Source: Phycisphaerae bacterium
Lineage (GTDB): Bacteria; Planctomycetota; Phycisphaerae; UBA1845
Length of the DNA: 64,000 bases
Reading direction: 5' to 3'
Assembly (NCBI GenBank): GCA_963666835.2
Contig: CAXXGO010000007.1
Coordinates: 1 to 64,000, forward strand
Shown: positions 1 through 10,224 of the stretch, piece by piece
Layout of the letters: each line of letters starts with the position of its first letter
How positions within the stretch are numbered: position 1 is the stretch's first letter
Translations under genes and position numbers: made by a program
The notes under the pieces: generated by a model
Told to the model about the DNA's origin: nothing
Databases searched by the model: none
Seen by the model: only the letters and a program-made list of their open reading frames with translations

Positions 1-347
1 CAGTCTAATCGACAGCGCCCGGCGAGTTTCGGTCGCCACCGGGGCTTCCGTTGTTCGTCGCCTCCCCCGCTGCACCCGGGGATCGCCGCACGACAATAAC
101 ATAAGGCTCACTATCGTATTCGGACCTGCGCCGCAAATCCCCGCCACAGGAATGTAACTTCCCAAAAGGGGTCGGGAGTCTTTTTTCGTGGTTCTCTTGC
201 CTCCGAGTCTCGGCGGACTTCTTCGCGGCATGAACCGAGAGCTCCATCGCTGGAAAACGTCGTGACAAAGACCCCTTTCCCCTCCCCTACCCCTTGACGG
301 GACAAGGGCTAACGGGCGACCCCGCTCTCCCTTCACGGCCATAATGC

Positions 348-1682
348 TCAGTCAGTCTCAGCCAGCCTCCGCTCGAGGTCGGCAACGGCAGTGAAATGCC
401 ATGTACGTCCCACCTTCCGTTTTGTGAAGAGCCCGCGCTGCTCGAGGTCGAGAAGATCCGTGCGCGCCGTCTGGGGGACGACTCCGTGACTCGAACGGTG
501 TGACTGGATCGTGTAGATCTGATGAGGATGTCGCAGAGCATGACTGATCAGTGCCCGCTGCCTGTGGTTAAGCGTGATGACGCCCCGAAGCTCGCGCTCC
601 ATCGTCTGCAATCGCTTCGTCTTGCGGTCGACATACTTGTTCAGCTCCTCTATGGCACGCTCCAGCACATCCAGGTGATACAACAGGAAGTAGGTCAGGT
701 CGTTGTCGTCCGTCTCCGTGTACAGGAACGCCAGCCCGTACTTGACCGGTGCCTTGCGAATGATGTCGGATATCGAGATGAACTCGCACAGCCAATACCC
801 ATGACGGAGCATCGACCAGTAGAAAAGAGCCCGGGCGGTTCGCCCGTTGCCATCCACAAACGGATGATCATACGCCAACCAGAAGTGCAGGATGATCGAT
901 CGGATGACCGGATGGACGAACGTTCCTTTTCCCTCGTCGTTAGCGAATGCGCACATGGCCGCCATGCGATCCTCGAGCTGGTCAGCAGGTGGGGGAACAT
1001 GGAACACGTCGCTCGTAAGCTCAGGCCCGATATCAATCTTCTCGTCAGATCGCCGAAACCGCCCGGCCTGGGAAGGGTCGTCCAGGGTCTGATCCGTCAC
1101 GAGCCGGTGGATATCGAGGATCAAGTCCCGGCTCAGCGGCTCATCCCGCAGCTTTCCGATTTGCTGCATCGTGGCGTAGTTGTTCAGAATCATGCGCTCA
1201 CTACGATCCCGGGGCGGACGCCCGGCACGGAGCATGTCCTTGGCGATTTCGCGGGTAGTGACCGCCCCTTCGAGCTGGCTGGACGTGATAGCCTCCTCGA
1301 TCAGCGACCCGACAAGGTACTGGTCTTTCGTGTCCGGGTTGGTGATCTGGTCGGGCATCCCGATCCGCCCACCAAGCTGGAAGTCGATGTCGTGGAGCCG
1401 TCTCTGGGCCACGTCCGGAACGGCGAAGGTGAAGGCGTCGCCCTCCACATCTACAAGTGGAACAGCCTTGAGCTGAGTGCTCCGCATGAACCTCAGAGTC
1501 GCCCACCATTCCTTGTGAGTGAGGCCCTCCGGCGGCTTAAGGTAACGGAGCTTGTCCCAGTGCACATACCGGTCGGGCTGGCGCGACCTCGAAACGGCAC
1601 TGTAGACATCAGGGAACCGGTCATCGTCCATGATCCTGGCGAACAGTTCCCGATAGCTCGGCGGCTTCTGGGGCATTTTCAT
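348..1682 (-). CDS. Fic family protein (AMPylase-type) with C-terminal winged-HTH-like region
   Basis: Canonical Fic motif HPFVDGNGRTAR; N-terminal SSQLEG inhibitory-helix-like motif; C-terminal 'YTIQSHRSSHGVVPQTARTDLLDLEQRGLF' resembles a wHTH. Start at ATG 1682 is uncertain (ORF extends to 1697). Confidence 0.92.
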   Translation of the reverse strand: MKMPQKPPSYRELFARIMDDDRFPDVYSAVSRSRQPDRYVHWDKLRYLKPPEGLTHKEWWATLRFMRSTQLKAVPLVDVEGDAFTFAVPDVAQRRLHDIDFQLGGRIGMPDQITNPDTKDQYLVGSLIEEAITSSQLEGAVTTREIAKDMLRAGRPPRDRSERMILNNYATMQQIGKLRDEPLSRDLILDIHRLVTDQTLDDPSQAGRFRRSDEKIDIGPELTSDVFHVPPPADQLEDRMAAMCAFANDEGKGTFVHPVIRSIILHFWLAYDHPFVDGNGRTARALFYWSMLRHGYWLCEFISISDIIRKAPVKYGLAFLYTETDDNDLTYFLLYHLDVLERAIEELNKYVDRKTKRLQTMERELRGVITLNHRQRALISHALRHPHQIYTIQSHRSSHGVVPQTARTDLLDLEQRGLFTKRKVGRTWHFTAVADLERRLAETD

Positions 1683-1713
1683 GACATGCGTCCGCAAACG
1701 GGTCGTTTACCAA

Positions 1714-1810
1714 AAGCTAATTTCACGCTAACAAATGCTAAATTAGCTTATAGAGGTTAGGCATCGCTCGTCAACGTTCTAATTATTGATATTTTAGAAT
1801 CAAATTAGAA
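1714..1810. promoter_or_regulatory. Two CTAATT-N18-AATTAG inverted repeats in an AT-rich patch upstream of the Fic gene (putative operator)
   Basis: CTAATT 1717-1722 with AATTAG 1741-1746, and CTAATT 1779-1784 with AATTAG 1803-1808; both spacers are 18 nt. Confidence 0.55.
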
Positions 1811-2304
1811 AATGGTTATAGGACGTCCGGCGCGCATGAAGTTGCGTAGGATCCGAGCGCATTCTACTACATGTAGGGCCTGAAGGAGGAGTCAGTCTAT
1901 GTTCTGGGCGATGAACGTCTTCGCGGCATGGGCAGAGTCATTGCGGCAGGTCTCGCGCCTCGACCGTGTCGTAAGTCAAGCCCCTTGGGGCGACAGGTCC
2001 TATAGCCCCACGGCATAATCCTGGGGACACCGTGCGGTCGCATCGCACCAGGCTTGCGGGCGGCAGAGGACATCGAGGTTTCGATCGGACACCGGCGATT
2101 CGACATCATACGGGCGGCACGTTGGCGACCGCCGGGACCTCTTCGAGTATCGAAGTGCCGCCCCTGGGCGGGGCTCGGGTTGACTTGGGACTCAATCCCG
2201 CGGCTCACGCCGCGGGCTGGGCAGAGCTGTCGCCCTGGCGGGCTGGTCCCGCGAGGCACGCAGGTGGCACACGTTCGTGCGATTCGAGCCATTGCGGCCT
2301 TGAT

Positions 2305-2334
2305 GGCAGGTCTCGTGCCTCGACCGTGCCCTAC
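2305..2334 (-). repeat. REP-like class A (GTAGGGCA(C)GGTCGAGGTACGAGACCTGCC), representative copy
   Basis: GTAG foot plus imperfect palindrome GGCA-GGTC/GACC-TGCC. Other copies near 1945, 29153, 29310, 39902, 44491, 47546, 47604, 53830, 53950, 62654, 62794, 62934, 63074 and 63131, all extragenic. Confidence 0.9.
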
Positions 2335-2508
2335 AGCCGCCGATGCTGCCCTACAAAGAGGCCGTCGTGATCGGTACGGCGAAGGTGAGCGACCCGCCCT
2401 CGGCCGACGTGCAGTCTCGCAAAGGCGTGGGTATGTAGCCACGTGTGGAGTGCAACGGGATCCGTGGAACGGTCCGCGGCGGTGGGTCTGGTGCGAACGT
2501 CATTGACA

Positions 2509-2552
2509 GAAAAAGCCCCCGAGCCGGCGGCGGGTGCCGCGGGCTCGGGGGC
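2509..2552 (-). terminator. Rho-independent terminator downstream of the large lipoprotein gene
   Basis: GCCCCCGAGCC...GGCTCGGGGGC stem followed on the minus strand by TTTTT. Confidence 0.75.
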
Positions 2553-2587
2553 GGGTTGTTGCTTAACTTATTCGAACGTGCCCCGAA

Positions 2588-5500
2588 TCACTCTGGGGCC
2601 GGAACCGTCGAGAGCTGCTCGAACCCCTCGATCAGCAGAACGAATGGGTCGCCGACGGGCATCACAAAGAGGTAGGCGTCGACTATCGTGACGGCCTCTT
2701 CAAGAGGTCCTTCGCCGTCGATGTCGATCCGGGCATCTACGTTAAATACCTGCTCGAGCACCAGGTTGATCGTAGCGACGGCCTGCAGGATTCCGAGCTC
2801 GGTGTTTTCATCCAGGCCCTGAGTGCCGTTGAAGAACTCCGGGGGCATGAATGTGGTGAGCAGATTGATTGCCGAGTTCGGACGACCGTACCGGAACGCG
2901 TTCAGGCGCGGTATGTAATTGCGCGGAACAAGAGCTTCTCCGTCCATGGTCTGCGGCACGGAGGATTCGAAATCAACATCCTGGGGCGTTACGGACCCGC
3001 CGCTTTCCCGGCGGTAGTAGCGGGCCACATCCGTCGATCGCCAGTCTTCCGGGTTGAACAGAACCGGGCGGAAATCGGAGGTATACTCGCCCATGTCCTC
3101 CAGGCCGTTTCCGTTCACATCATCGAAATACGGGTTGCCGTCGGCGTTGTAGCTCGGGTTACCGACATCCGTCCCGAACACGCAGGTGAAGAACTCGGGC
3201 TGAACGTCGAGCCCGACGATCTGGTCCGGAGTGACCTTGGCCAACTCGACCAACATACCGTCGATCGGCTCTCCGCCGTCGAGGGGCGGTTCGGTTCCAT
3301 CGATCGGAGGCTCGTCCCCGTCGATCGGCGGCTCGTCTCCATCGAATGGCGGCTCTTCTGTTTCGTCTTCCGGAGGAACCGCATCTCCGTCGGTGCCGGT
3401 GTCCTCCGCCGGGTTGACCGGGCCGTCATCCGGAGGTGGGTTCTGCCCGTCATCCGGAGGTGGGTTCGTTCCATCATCCGGAGGTGGGTTCGTTCCATCA
3501 TCCGGCGGTGGGTTCATGCCATCATCCGGTGGCGGGTTCATACCGTCGTCCGGTGGGGGGTTCGTGCCGTCATCCGGCGGGGGATTCTGGTCGTCCGGGG
3601 GCGGCAGGTAGTCGTCCGGGAACATAGAGTCATCAAACGGCATTGGATCGTCGGGGGGCGGCATGAGATCTTCCGGCTCAAGGACTCCCGTATCGACGAA
3701 ACTCTCGCCGCTGAGGTCCAGAACGGTCGGCATAATCTTCAGATCGGTATCGAACAGTCCGAAGACGCCTTCTTCATAGGTCTCCGGAAGGAAGGTAACG
3801 TAGTACCGGCCGTTATCGTTGTACGTGAATGTCTCGGTGGTGACATCGTAATCGACCCGCACGGGAGTACCGTCCGGAGCGGGGGCGGTGGCCAGGACGT
3901 ACAACTGCATCGTCATGCCGTTTTCCGGTTCCATCTCGGCCGGTTCGATCGCCGGGTCCTCGACGGCCGGGGCGAATTCGAACTCGGGGTTCGATTCGGA
4001 AACGGACAACCCCGGCCAGAACTCGCCCGTCTCCGCTACGAATTCAATGAACGGGATACCGTCGATCGGCTCGAACATATTGCCGTCGTCCATGTCGAGC
4101 ATCATCGGCTCGCCATTGGAAGTATGCATGAAATGGCCCGTCTCGATCACGATCGGCTGGACGATATGCAGCTCATCCGTTTCGTAAGTGAACCCGAGGT
4201 AGAACGGGCCGGCGCCGTCCGCGTTGTAGTTTACGCTGATCGGCACTCCGGTTTCGTCGAACAGTATATCCACGGTGACCGGCAGAACCTCGATCGGTCC
4301 GTAGGCGTTACCGTCGGCGACCACGTAGAAGCTGGCCGGTCCCGAACGGCTGACGGGAAGGTGGGCGCGGGCGTCGCGGATGAACTGACTCAACTCATCC
4401 ACACCCTCGATACGGTCGTCCAGAAAAGCTCCGAAAAGCTGGTCGAACGTCGGCGGCTCCGTGCCGTCGAGCAGCTCGGCCATTGCCTCGCGGAGCATGG
4501 CCTCCTGCGCTTGCAGATCCTCGAAGCTGATGTTCGGATCCGACAGACCACTATACGCAAGAGCCTCCATTAGAGTGTTGACGTCGCGGGCCGTCCCCGT
4601 ACCGTCCGCGGTCTGGAACATCATCATTGGTGTCGATGCGCCGTCACCCGGCATCGGCAGGTTGTAGGTCAGTCGTGCCCCCAACCCGATTTCGATGTCG
4701 GTCAGCAACCGGTAGAGATTACCGAGCGTAATCATTCGTCCTTCGAGATGGAGTTCAACCATCCGAGTCAGGAGATGTTCGCTTAACGCCGGCAGATGGT
4801 GGTCGGCCATACCCTCCTCGAGTTCCTGCTCGCCGACGTAGTTGCGATCCGGCTCGGTCATGGTGCTCACGTAGACGGTCGGCGGCTCGATGTCGAAGAG
4901 CTCGTCGCCGACCCCGGCCGGCGCGATCTCATCCGCGGCAGGCTCCATGTTGTCGGGCACGAAGTTGTTGACCGTAGCGAGGTCGTCCATCGATTGGATT
5001 TCCACGTCGGGCAGGTCTGCGAGGAAGCTCAAGTCGATCCCCCCGGAATCGTCCGCGATTGGGAATCCGGAATGGAGGAAGACATCGGCGGCAGCGCGAA
5101 CGGCACCTTCAACGTCGGCGGCACCGGCCAAGGCGATGTTGCCCTCGACGGTCTCGAACCCGGCGCGTACGCTCGAGGGCAACAGGGACTCGAACAGAGC
5201 TGTGAGGCTCTCTTCGTCGAGCGAGGCGATGTCATCCAGAGTCACTTCGCGTTCAATCCCGCTCTCTTCGAAGAGATGGATGTAAGCGTCGATAATCCGG
5301 TGAATGATGGCCGTTGGGGAGATGTCGAGTTCGGCAGGGTCGATGCCGTTATCAATGAACACCTGCTTGAGCATCGAGACCAACAATGTGGAAAGCGGAT
5401 CGACGGCCACGTCATCAAGGCTGCCTTCGGATCCTCCGTCGTCTGCGGGGATCTGGCAGATCTGTTGGATATCCGGGTTTCCGTCGCCGTCGAGATCGAT

Positions 5501-5908
5501 GACGATTACGAAGTCGATGCCCACGGGCAGCCCTTCGATGAAGAACTCGCCGGCCTCGTCAGTTGTGAATGCCGGGTACGGGTCACCGTTTGCGTCCAAG
5601 AGCGGATTGCCTTCAAGATCCTCGAACGTAACCACCGCTCCGCCGGACGCCAGGTTCAACGGAAGTGCTTGCCCGGCGTTTTCGCCGTCGTCGGTGTCTA
5701 GAGACTCGCGAGTTGAGCGGCTTTCGGAGACGCCGCCGGAGACGGTTCCTTTGTAGGTAATCACCTCGCTGGCTTCCGTATCGCGGTCGTCTGTCGGGGT
5801 GGTTGTCGGGGTGTCGCCGCACCCTGGCGTAATCAGAAGTATAGCGGCCAGGGACATCACCGCGCAGATCGCGATGCGGCGATAGAGGTCTTCTCGTCGT
5901 AGGATCAT
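2588..5908 (-). CDS. Large acidic lipoprotein with DxDxDG-type motifs and Pro/Asp tandem repeats
   Basis: 1106-aa ORF; N-terminal hydrophobic stretch ending TPGC (lipobox-like); DLDGDGNPD and DVNGNGLED motifs; PPPDDGxN repeats. Confidence 0.85.
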   Translation of the reverse strand: MILRREDLYRRIAICAVMSLAAILLITPGCGDTPTTTPTDDRDTEASEVITYKGTVSGGVSESRSTRESLDTDDGENAGQALPLNLASGGAVVTFEDLEGNPLLDANGDPYPAFTTDEAGEFFIEGLPVGIDFVIVIDLDGDGNPDIQQICQIPADDGGSEGSLDDVAVDPLSTLLVSMLKQVFIDNGIDPAELDISPTAIIHRIIDAYIHLFEESGIEREVTLDDIASLDEESLTALFESLLPSSVRAGFETVEGNIALAGAADVEGAVRAAADVFLHSGFPIADDSGGIDLSFLADLPDVEIQSMDDLATVNNFVPDNMEPAADEIAPAGVGDELFDIEPPTVYVSTMTEPDRNYVGEQELEEGMADHHLPALSEHLLTRMVELHLEGRMITLGNLYRLLTDIEIGLGARLTYNLPMPGDGASTPMMMFQTADGTGTARDVNTLMEALAYSGLSDPNISFEDLQAQEAMLREAMAELLDGTEPPTFDQLFGAFLDDRIEGVDELSQFIRDARAHLPVSRSGPASFYVVADGNAYGPIEVLPVTVDILFDETGVPISVNYNADGAGPFYLGFTYETDELHIVQPIVIETGHFMHTSNGEPMMLDMDDGNMFEPIDGIPFIEFVAETGEFWPGLSVSESNPEFEFAPAVEDPAIEPAEMEPENGMTMQLYVLATAPAPDGTPVRVDYDVTTETFTYNDNGRYYVTFLPETYEEGVFGLFDTDLKIMPTVLDLSGESFVDTGVLEPEDLMPPPDDPMPFDDSMFPDDYLPPPDDQNPPPDDGTNPPPDDGMNPPPDDGMNPPPDDGTNPPPDDGTNPPPDDGQNPPPDDGPVNPAEDTGTDGDAVPPEDETEEPPFDGDEPPIDGDEPPIDGTEPPLDGGEPIDGMLVELAKVTPDQIVGLDVQPEFFTCVFGTDVGNPSYNADGNPYFDDVNGNGLEDMGEYTSDFRPVLFNPEDWRSTDVARYYRRESGGSVTPQDVDFESSVPQTMDGEALVPRNYIPRLNAFRYGRPNSAINLLTTFMPPEFFNGTQGLDENTELGILQAVATINLVLEQVFNVDARIDIDGEGPLEEAVTIVDAYLFVMPVGDPFVLLIEGFEQLSTVPAPE
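3420..3612 (-). repeat. Intragenic 24-bp tandem repeat encoding (PPPDDG[T/M/Q]N) about 8 times
   Basis: Visible in DNA (tcatccggaggtgggttc...) and in translation; an adjacent 7-aa EPPxDGx repeat lies at about 3270-3355. Confidence 0.9.
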
Positions 5909-6946
5909 AAGTCGGGCTCCGGTTAGTGGGTTGTCTTTAATTACTGAAACTGAGTCCGGCGCGCACGGGAGAACGTCCCATTACGCGTGGTCCGGCGGTA
6001 ATTGAATATCGAAGACCAAGTGCGGTCGGTTTAGTCTGGGGCGCGGCAACCTCAATGCGTAGCCTGATTTCTGGAAAGTGGGCAACGCTTCTGTAGGGGG
6101 GAAGACACCGCAACCTCAGGGTCCACGCCGGTTGACGAACCGATGTGCGGGTTAACCCTTACAGGCCGGTGGATAGAGGAGGGGGCAGAAGGTGTCATCC
6201 AGACGGTATCCGCTCACAGGGGCAGGACCCCCGTAGGAAGAAGCGATCTCTGTCTCGGAGGGCGTGGAGAGACGGGTCCCGACTACCCCCAACCCACCGT
6301 TCTTCTACCGTTACGGCCGACTTCATCCCGTCGACGATTACATGCAAGGCGTCTTGGTATTGTCGTAACGTCGCCCTCCCGCTACGAGTCCCGGCGCGTA
6401 CGGAGACAAGAGCGGGCTCGCAACACGTACCCACTCTTCTCACCGGCAGGCTCCGGCGCGCGCGGAGGCGAAAGGGATCGCCCCCCCGGAATGAAGATCG
6501 TTAAGGCTGCAGGTTCCGGTTGCGTACGGAAGCAAGCCCGAAGGGCCGGAATGCAGTAACCGTGGGCAAACGCAACCCCGCCCACGGTTTCGGGCTTTAT
6601 ATAGGCCGATTGCCCCGGAGAATTTCTGCGGTCAGGGTGATTGGGATTGTCGGGCCCCCACCCGGGGGCGGCGGCCGCTGCGCGGCCTTGCCTCCAGCTA
6701 CTATCTCGCAGGCTTTCAGCCTGAAAAAGGAGCCGGCTTGCAGCTTGTCAGGCTGGGGAACGGGTCGCCGCCGAGTCGAACGGATACGCTTGGTTTGCCC
6801 GGCAAAGATGTGCAGGACAACGGACGATTCCGATTCGGGCGCATCTTTCAGGTCAAACCACTATACTTCAAGGAAGGCGGCTGGGGCGGGCAGGTAACCG
6901 GTAGGGCACCCGCGGGACCGCAAGACAGCCTCGAAGTGACTTCGTT

Positions 6947-7687
6947 ATGGCACCAGAGAAACCGGTATGGACCAGTGAACTTCTGAAAGCCCCTCATGGG
7001 GTGACGGACAAGGCGCGCCGGGTGCGGCAGATGTTCGACGCAATTGCGCCGCGGTACGAGTTGGTCAATACACTGTTCAGCGCGGGGCGGGACGCCGCTT
7101 GGCGCCGGCGGGCCGTTCGATTGGCGGCGGCGGGTCCGGACGATGACGTGTTGGATATTGCGTGCGGTACCGGCGATTTTGCGCGGGCCTTTCACCGGGC
7201 TCAGGTGCGGTCGGTGGTCGGGTGCGATTTCGCGCACGAGATGTTGCGCTACGCCGTCAGCCGTAGCGCAGCCGCGGTACGGTGGTGCGAAGCCGACGCC
7301 CTCCGGCTGCCCTTTGCGGACGGTAGATTCTCGATAACGTCATGCGCTTTCGGAGTTCGCAACTTCCAGAGTCTGGATGCCGGGCTGCAGGAGATGTATC
7401 GCGTGCTCCGGCCCGGGGGGCGGGCGGTTATTCTGGAGTTCACCAGGCCGCGACGTCGGTGGATCAGAGGGCTGTACGAAATCTACTCGCGGCGGTTCAT
7501 GCCGCTGGCAGCGGCGGTGGTGAGCGGCGATCGTTCGGGGGCGTATCGCTATCTGCCGGACTCCGTGGTATCTTTTCTTGATGCTCAGGAGATGAGTAAG
7601 CGGTTGCACAATGCCGGTTTCAGCCGGGTAGTGATCCAACCGCTCACGTTGGGCGTGGTAACCGTGTACGTCGCGGCGCGGGGTTGA
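6947..7687 (+). CDS. ubiE: Ubiquinone/menaquinone biosynthesis C-methyltransferase (UbiE/MenG)
   Basis: 'VRQMFDAIAPRYELVN', SAM motif VLDIACGTGD, AFGVRN and AYRYLPDSV. Confidence 0.93.
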   Translation: MAPEKPVWTSELLKAPHGVTDKARRVRQMFDAIAPRYELVNTLFSAGRDAAWRRRAVRLAAAGPDDDVLDIACGTGDFARAFHRAQVRSVVGCDFAHEMLRYAVSRSAAAVRWCEADALRLPFADGRFSITSCAFGVRNFQSLDAGLQEMYRVLRPGGRAVILEFTRPRRRWIRGLYEIYSRRFMPLAAAVVSGDRSGAYRYLPDSVVSFLDAQEMSKRLHNAGFSRVVIQPLTLGVVTVYVAARG

Positions 7688-7690
7688 TTT

Positions 7691-9604
7691 ATGGTGCGAC
7701 AGAGGGCATCCGAGGGCACGCAATCTCCGGCGACAGGTTCGTCCGGGCCCGAAGCGGCGTCGGAGGTGGTAGTCGACGTCTGGTCGCGGACAAGCCCGCG
7801 GTATCGCACGCGGGCGGTGGCGCTGCTGGCGGTCAACGTGTTGTTGTTCGGATGTGTCGGCAATTTCGCGTTCTGGCTGCGGAGCGGGACATTCTTCGCC
7901 CCGGCAACGGAGGGATACTGGCGGGAGCTGGCTCAGACGTTCCGGTTCGGTCAAAACACCGTCGTTACTCTGGCGCAGTTTCTGCTCGAGCCGATCAGTG
8001 CCGAGCAAGTGCCGATGCAGATTCCGATTGTCGGATTGCTGATGGCCGCGCTGATCGCGATTCCGATTCTGATTTCGATTCTCTATCGCTTCTGGTCGAG
8101 CCTGCCGTTCATTGCCGTGGTCGGCTTTCTGGCGGTAATGCCCTGGTTGGCAATAACGTTGCTGGGCTCGTGCATTATCGCTTCGGTTCGCCCGTTCCGA
8201 TCGCGGTTCCGGTTTATGTCGGCGCTTTTGGGATTGGTTCCGACCGTGGTGTACCTGATCCTGGCCTGGCACGGCAGTGCCGAAATCGTGTCAGGGAGAA
8301 TCAACCCGGTGGACCGGATCAAGTTCATTGCCCCGTGGGCGTTGGCGGTCGTGGCCGCGGCGTTGCTCTTTGCCCTTGTTTTGACGATCGCCAAGATCGT
8401 GAACTACCGTCCCGGGGCGGTTACTCCGCTTCTGGCGTTGATGTTCGGCCTGCCGGTCGCGTTGTTCGAGTTTCATGTGGGCCGGGACGAGCTGCACTAT
8501 CGTCTCTTGGAAGAGCTGAGCAAGGCTCACTTCGTAGACGCGAATGCTACTTTGGATTTAAGGCAGGCGGTCCAACGTCGTTGGGAGCGTCATCCGCTGC
8601 CGCGCCCGCGCTGGGGCGAGCTGTACGAGATTGAAGAGCAGAAATGGCTGTTCGAGCTGGGCGCCGATCTGGGGCCATACGAAACCGACCTGACCCGCCA
8701 TCAGGCCGAATTGACGGAGCGGTGCGACTGGTTCCATCAGTGTTTTCCGGACAGCCGCTATGTCCTTAACGCCTTGTTCATCAAGGCCCGAGCCTTAGAT
8801 ACCCGCGTCGATCCCGGGGAGTTTCGCCGGACAAAGTGGATTCGGTTCTACGACAACTTCCCTAGCCAAGCGTCGCGCGAGACATGGCAGATCATTGCGG
8901 CTAACGGAGGAGGTTCCGCCGTCGGGATCGTCGCGCAGGTGCGCCTGGCTCAGTTGGACGCCCGGGCCGGCAGGATCGACCGGGCGATAGACGGTCTGGA
9001 CCGCCTGTTGAGCACGTCCGATCGGAACGGCGAAGTGCGGGATGTGCCGACCCAAGAGGGGGCTGATTCGTTCGGGGGACTCTTGGCCCGGAGCAGCCCG
9101 GATGCCAGTTTGCACATCGAAACCGGACGCGTCCTTCTGGAGGCCCAGGGGTTGTTGGCTTTGCTGCGCGAGAACCGCGACCCCGTCTACGGGTATGATC
9201 CGTTCATCCGCCCGCGCCATCGGGCCGCGACCGTCCAGTTCGGGCTGTTGGATCTGGACCCGCGGCATGAACGTTACATTGACAACCTCAAGACACTCAA
9301 AGACGCATATCCGAAGTGCCAACTGGAAGACAACTTGGATCTGGAGATCGCCAAAGCGACGACCTCGATCCCGCTCAAGATTGAGCGGCTCGAAGACTGC
9401 CTCAAGGAATACCCCCACCGAGATTCGACATCTGAAGCGTTATTCCGTCTTGCCGTGGTGTACAAGGCTGCCGGCCGGTCGTCCGAGAGTCGAGAGATGT
9501 TCGCCCGGCTCGTTGCGGAGCACCGCGACAGCGTGTGGTCTCGCCAAGCCACTCGACATCTCGGGGAAGGATCGCCGGTGCGCGTAACGGATGCCGGCAC
9601 ATGA
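7691..9604 (+). CDS. Multi-pass membrane protein with C-terminal TPR-like domain
   Basis: Several hydrophobic helices in the N-terminal ~260 aa; helical C-terminus 'EYPHRDSTSEALFRLAVVY'; tightly coupled to ubiE and ubiX (ATGA overlap). Confidence 0.8.
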   Translation: MVRQRASEGTQSPATGSSGPEAASEVVVDVWSRTSPRYRTRAVALLAVNVLLFGCVGNFAFWLRSGTFFAPATEGYWRELAQTFRFGQNTVVTLAQFLLEPISAEQVPMQIPIVGLLMAALIAIPILISILYRFWSSLPFIAVVGFLAVMPWLAITLLGSCIIASVRPFRSRFRFMSALLGLVPTVVYLILAWHGSAEIVSGRINPVDRIKFIAPWALAVVAAALLFALVLTIAKIVNYRPGAVTPLLALMFGLPVALFEFHVGRDELHYRLLEELSKAHFVDANATLDLRQAVQRRWERHPLPRPRWGELYEIEEQKWLFELGADLGPYETDLTRHQAELTERCDWFHQCFPDSRYVLNALFIKARALDTRVDPGEFRRTKWIRFYDNFPSQASRETWQIIAANGGGSAVGIVAQVRLAQLDARAGRIDRAIDGLDRLLSTSDRNGEVRDVPTQEGADSFGGLLARSSPDASLHIETGRVLLEAQGLLALLRENRDPVYGYDPFIRPRHRAATVQFGLLDLDPRHERYIDNLKTLKDAYPKCQLEDNLDLEIAKATTSIPLKIERLEDCLKEYPHRDSTSEALFRLAVVYKAAGRSSESREMFARLVAEHRDSVWSRQATRHLGEGSPVRVTDAGT

Positions 9605-10224
9605 ACCTATCCACCGACATGAAGCGGATAATCGTAGGAATCACCGGAGCGAGCGGAGCACTCTACGCCCATCGCCTGGTGGAGAATCTCTGTCGACATA
9701 GAGTACACGTTCATCTGATCGTCTCGCCGAATGGACGTCGGCTTCTGCAGGACGAACTCGGGATCTCGGCGGTCACGGCCGAGGCTCTGGCGGGCGACAG
9801 CGGCGCCCCGATGACGATTCATCCCCATAACGACGTCGGGGCGCCGTTAGCCAGCGGCAGCTTCCTGACGGACGGGATGATAGTCTGCCCGTGCAGCAGC
9901 AATTCTCTCGGCGCTATGGCGGCCGGGCTGGCCGATAACCTGCTGAATCGGGCCGCAGCCGTCACGCTCAAAGAGGCGCGGCGTCTTGTGGTTGTTCCGC
10001 GGGAGATGCCGTGGAGCCGCATCGATTTGCTAAACGCGCTCCGTCTAAGCGAGGCGGGGGCGGTCATCTGCCCGGCGTCCCCGGGCTTCTATTTGCAGCC
10101 GACGAGCGTTGCAGATCTGGCGGATTTTGTGGTCGCTCGGTTGCTGGATCTTGTCGGAGTGCCACACCGGCTGACCCGGCGTTGGACCGGTGACCCGCCG
10201 GACGCAAACTCGGAGTGCCGGTAA
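9601..10224 (+). CDS. ubiX: Flavin prenyltransferase UbiX
   Basis: GITGASGA, ASGS, PCS..S and PREMP motifs. Confidence 0.93.
   Translation: MNLSTDMKRIIVGITGASGALYAHRLVENLCRHRVHVHLIVSPNGRRLLQDELGISAVTAEALAGDSGAPMTIHPHNDVGAPLASGSFLTDGMIVCPCSSNSLGAMAAGLADNLLNRAAAVTLKEARRLVVVPREMPWSRIDLLNALRLSEAGAVICPASPGFYLQPTSVADLADFVVARLLDLVGVPHRLTRRWTGDPPDANSECR

Noticed and set aside
522..1760. 412-aa plus-strand ORF and similar long antisense ORFs (4796-5701, 20180-21061, 21251-22426, 22856-24019, 24101-25204, 48701-50092, 58115-59302, 60380-61495)
   Set aside because: Shadow ORFs opposite motif-supported genes in high-GC DNA.
1897..2506. ORFs between the Fic and lipoprotein genes, and similar ones at 29039-29485, 39705-40274 and 53300-54016
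   Set aside because: They are translations of REP-rich intergenic DNA (recurring AGLVPRPCPT / GHGRGTRPA peptides).
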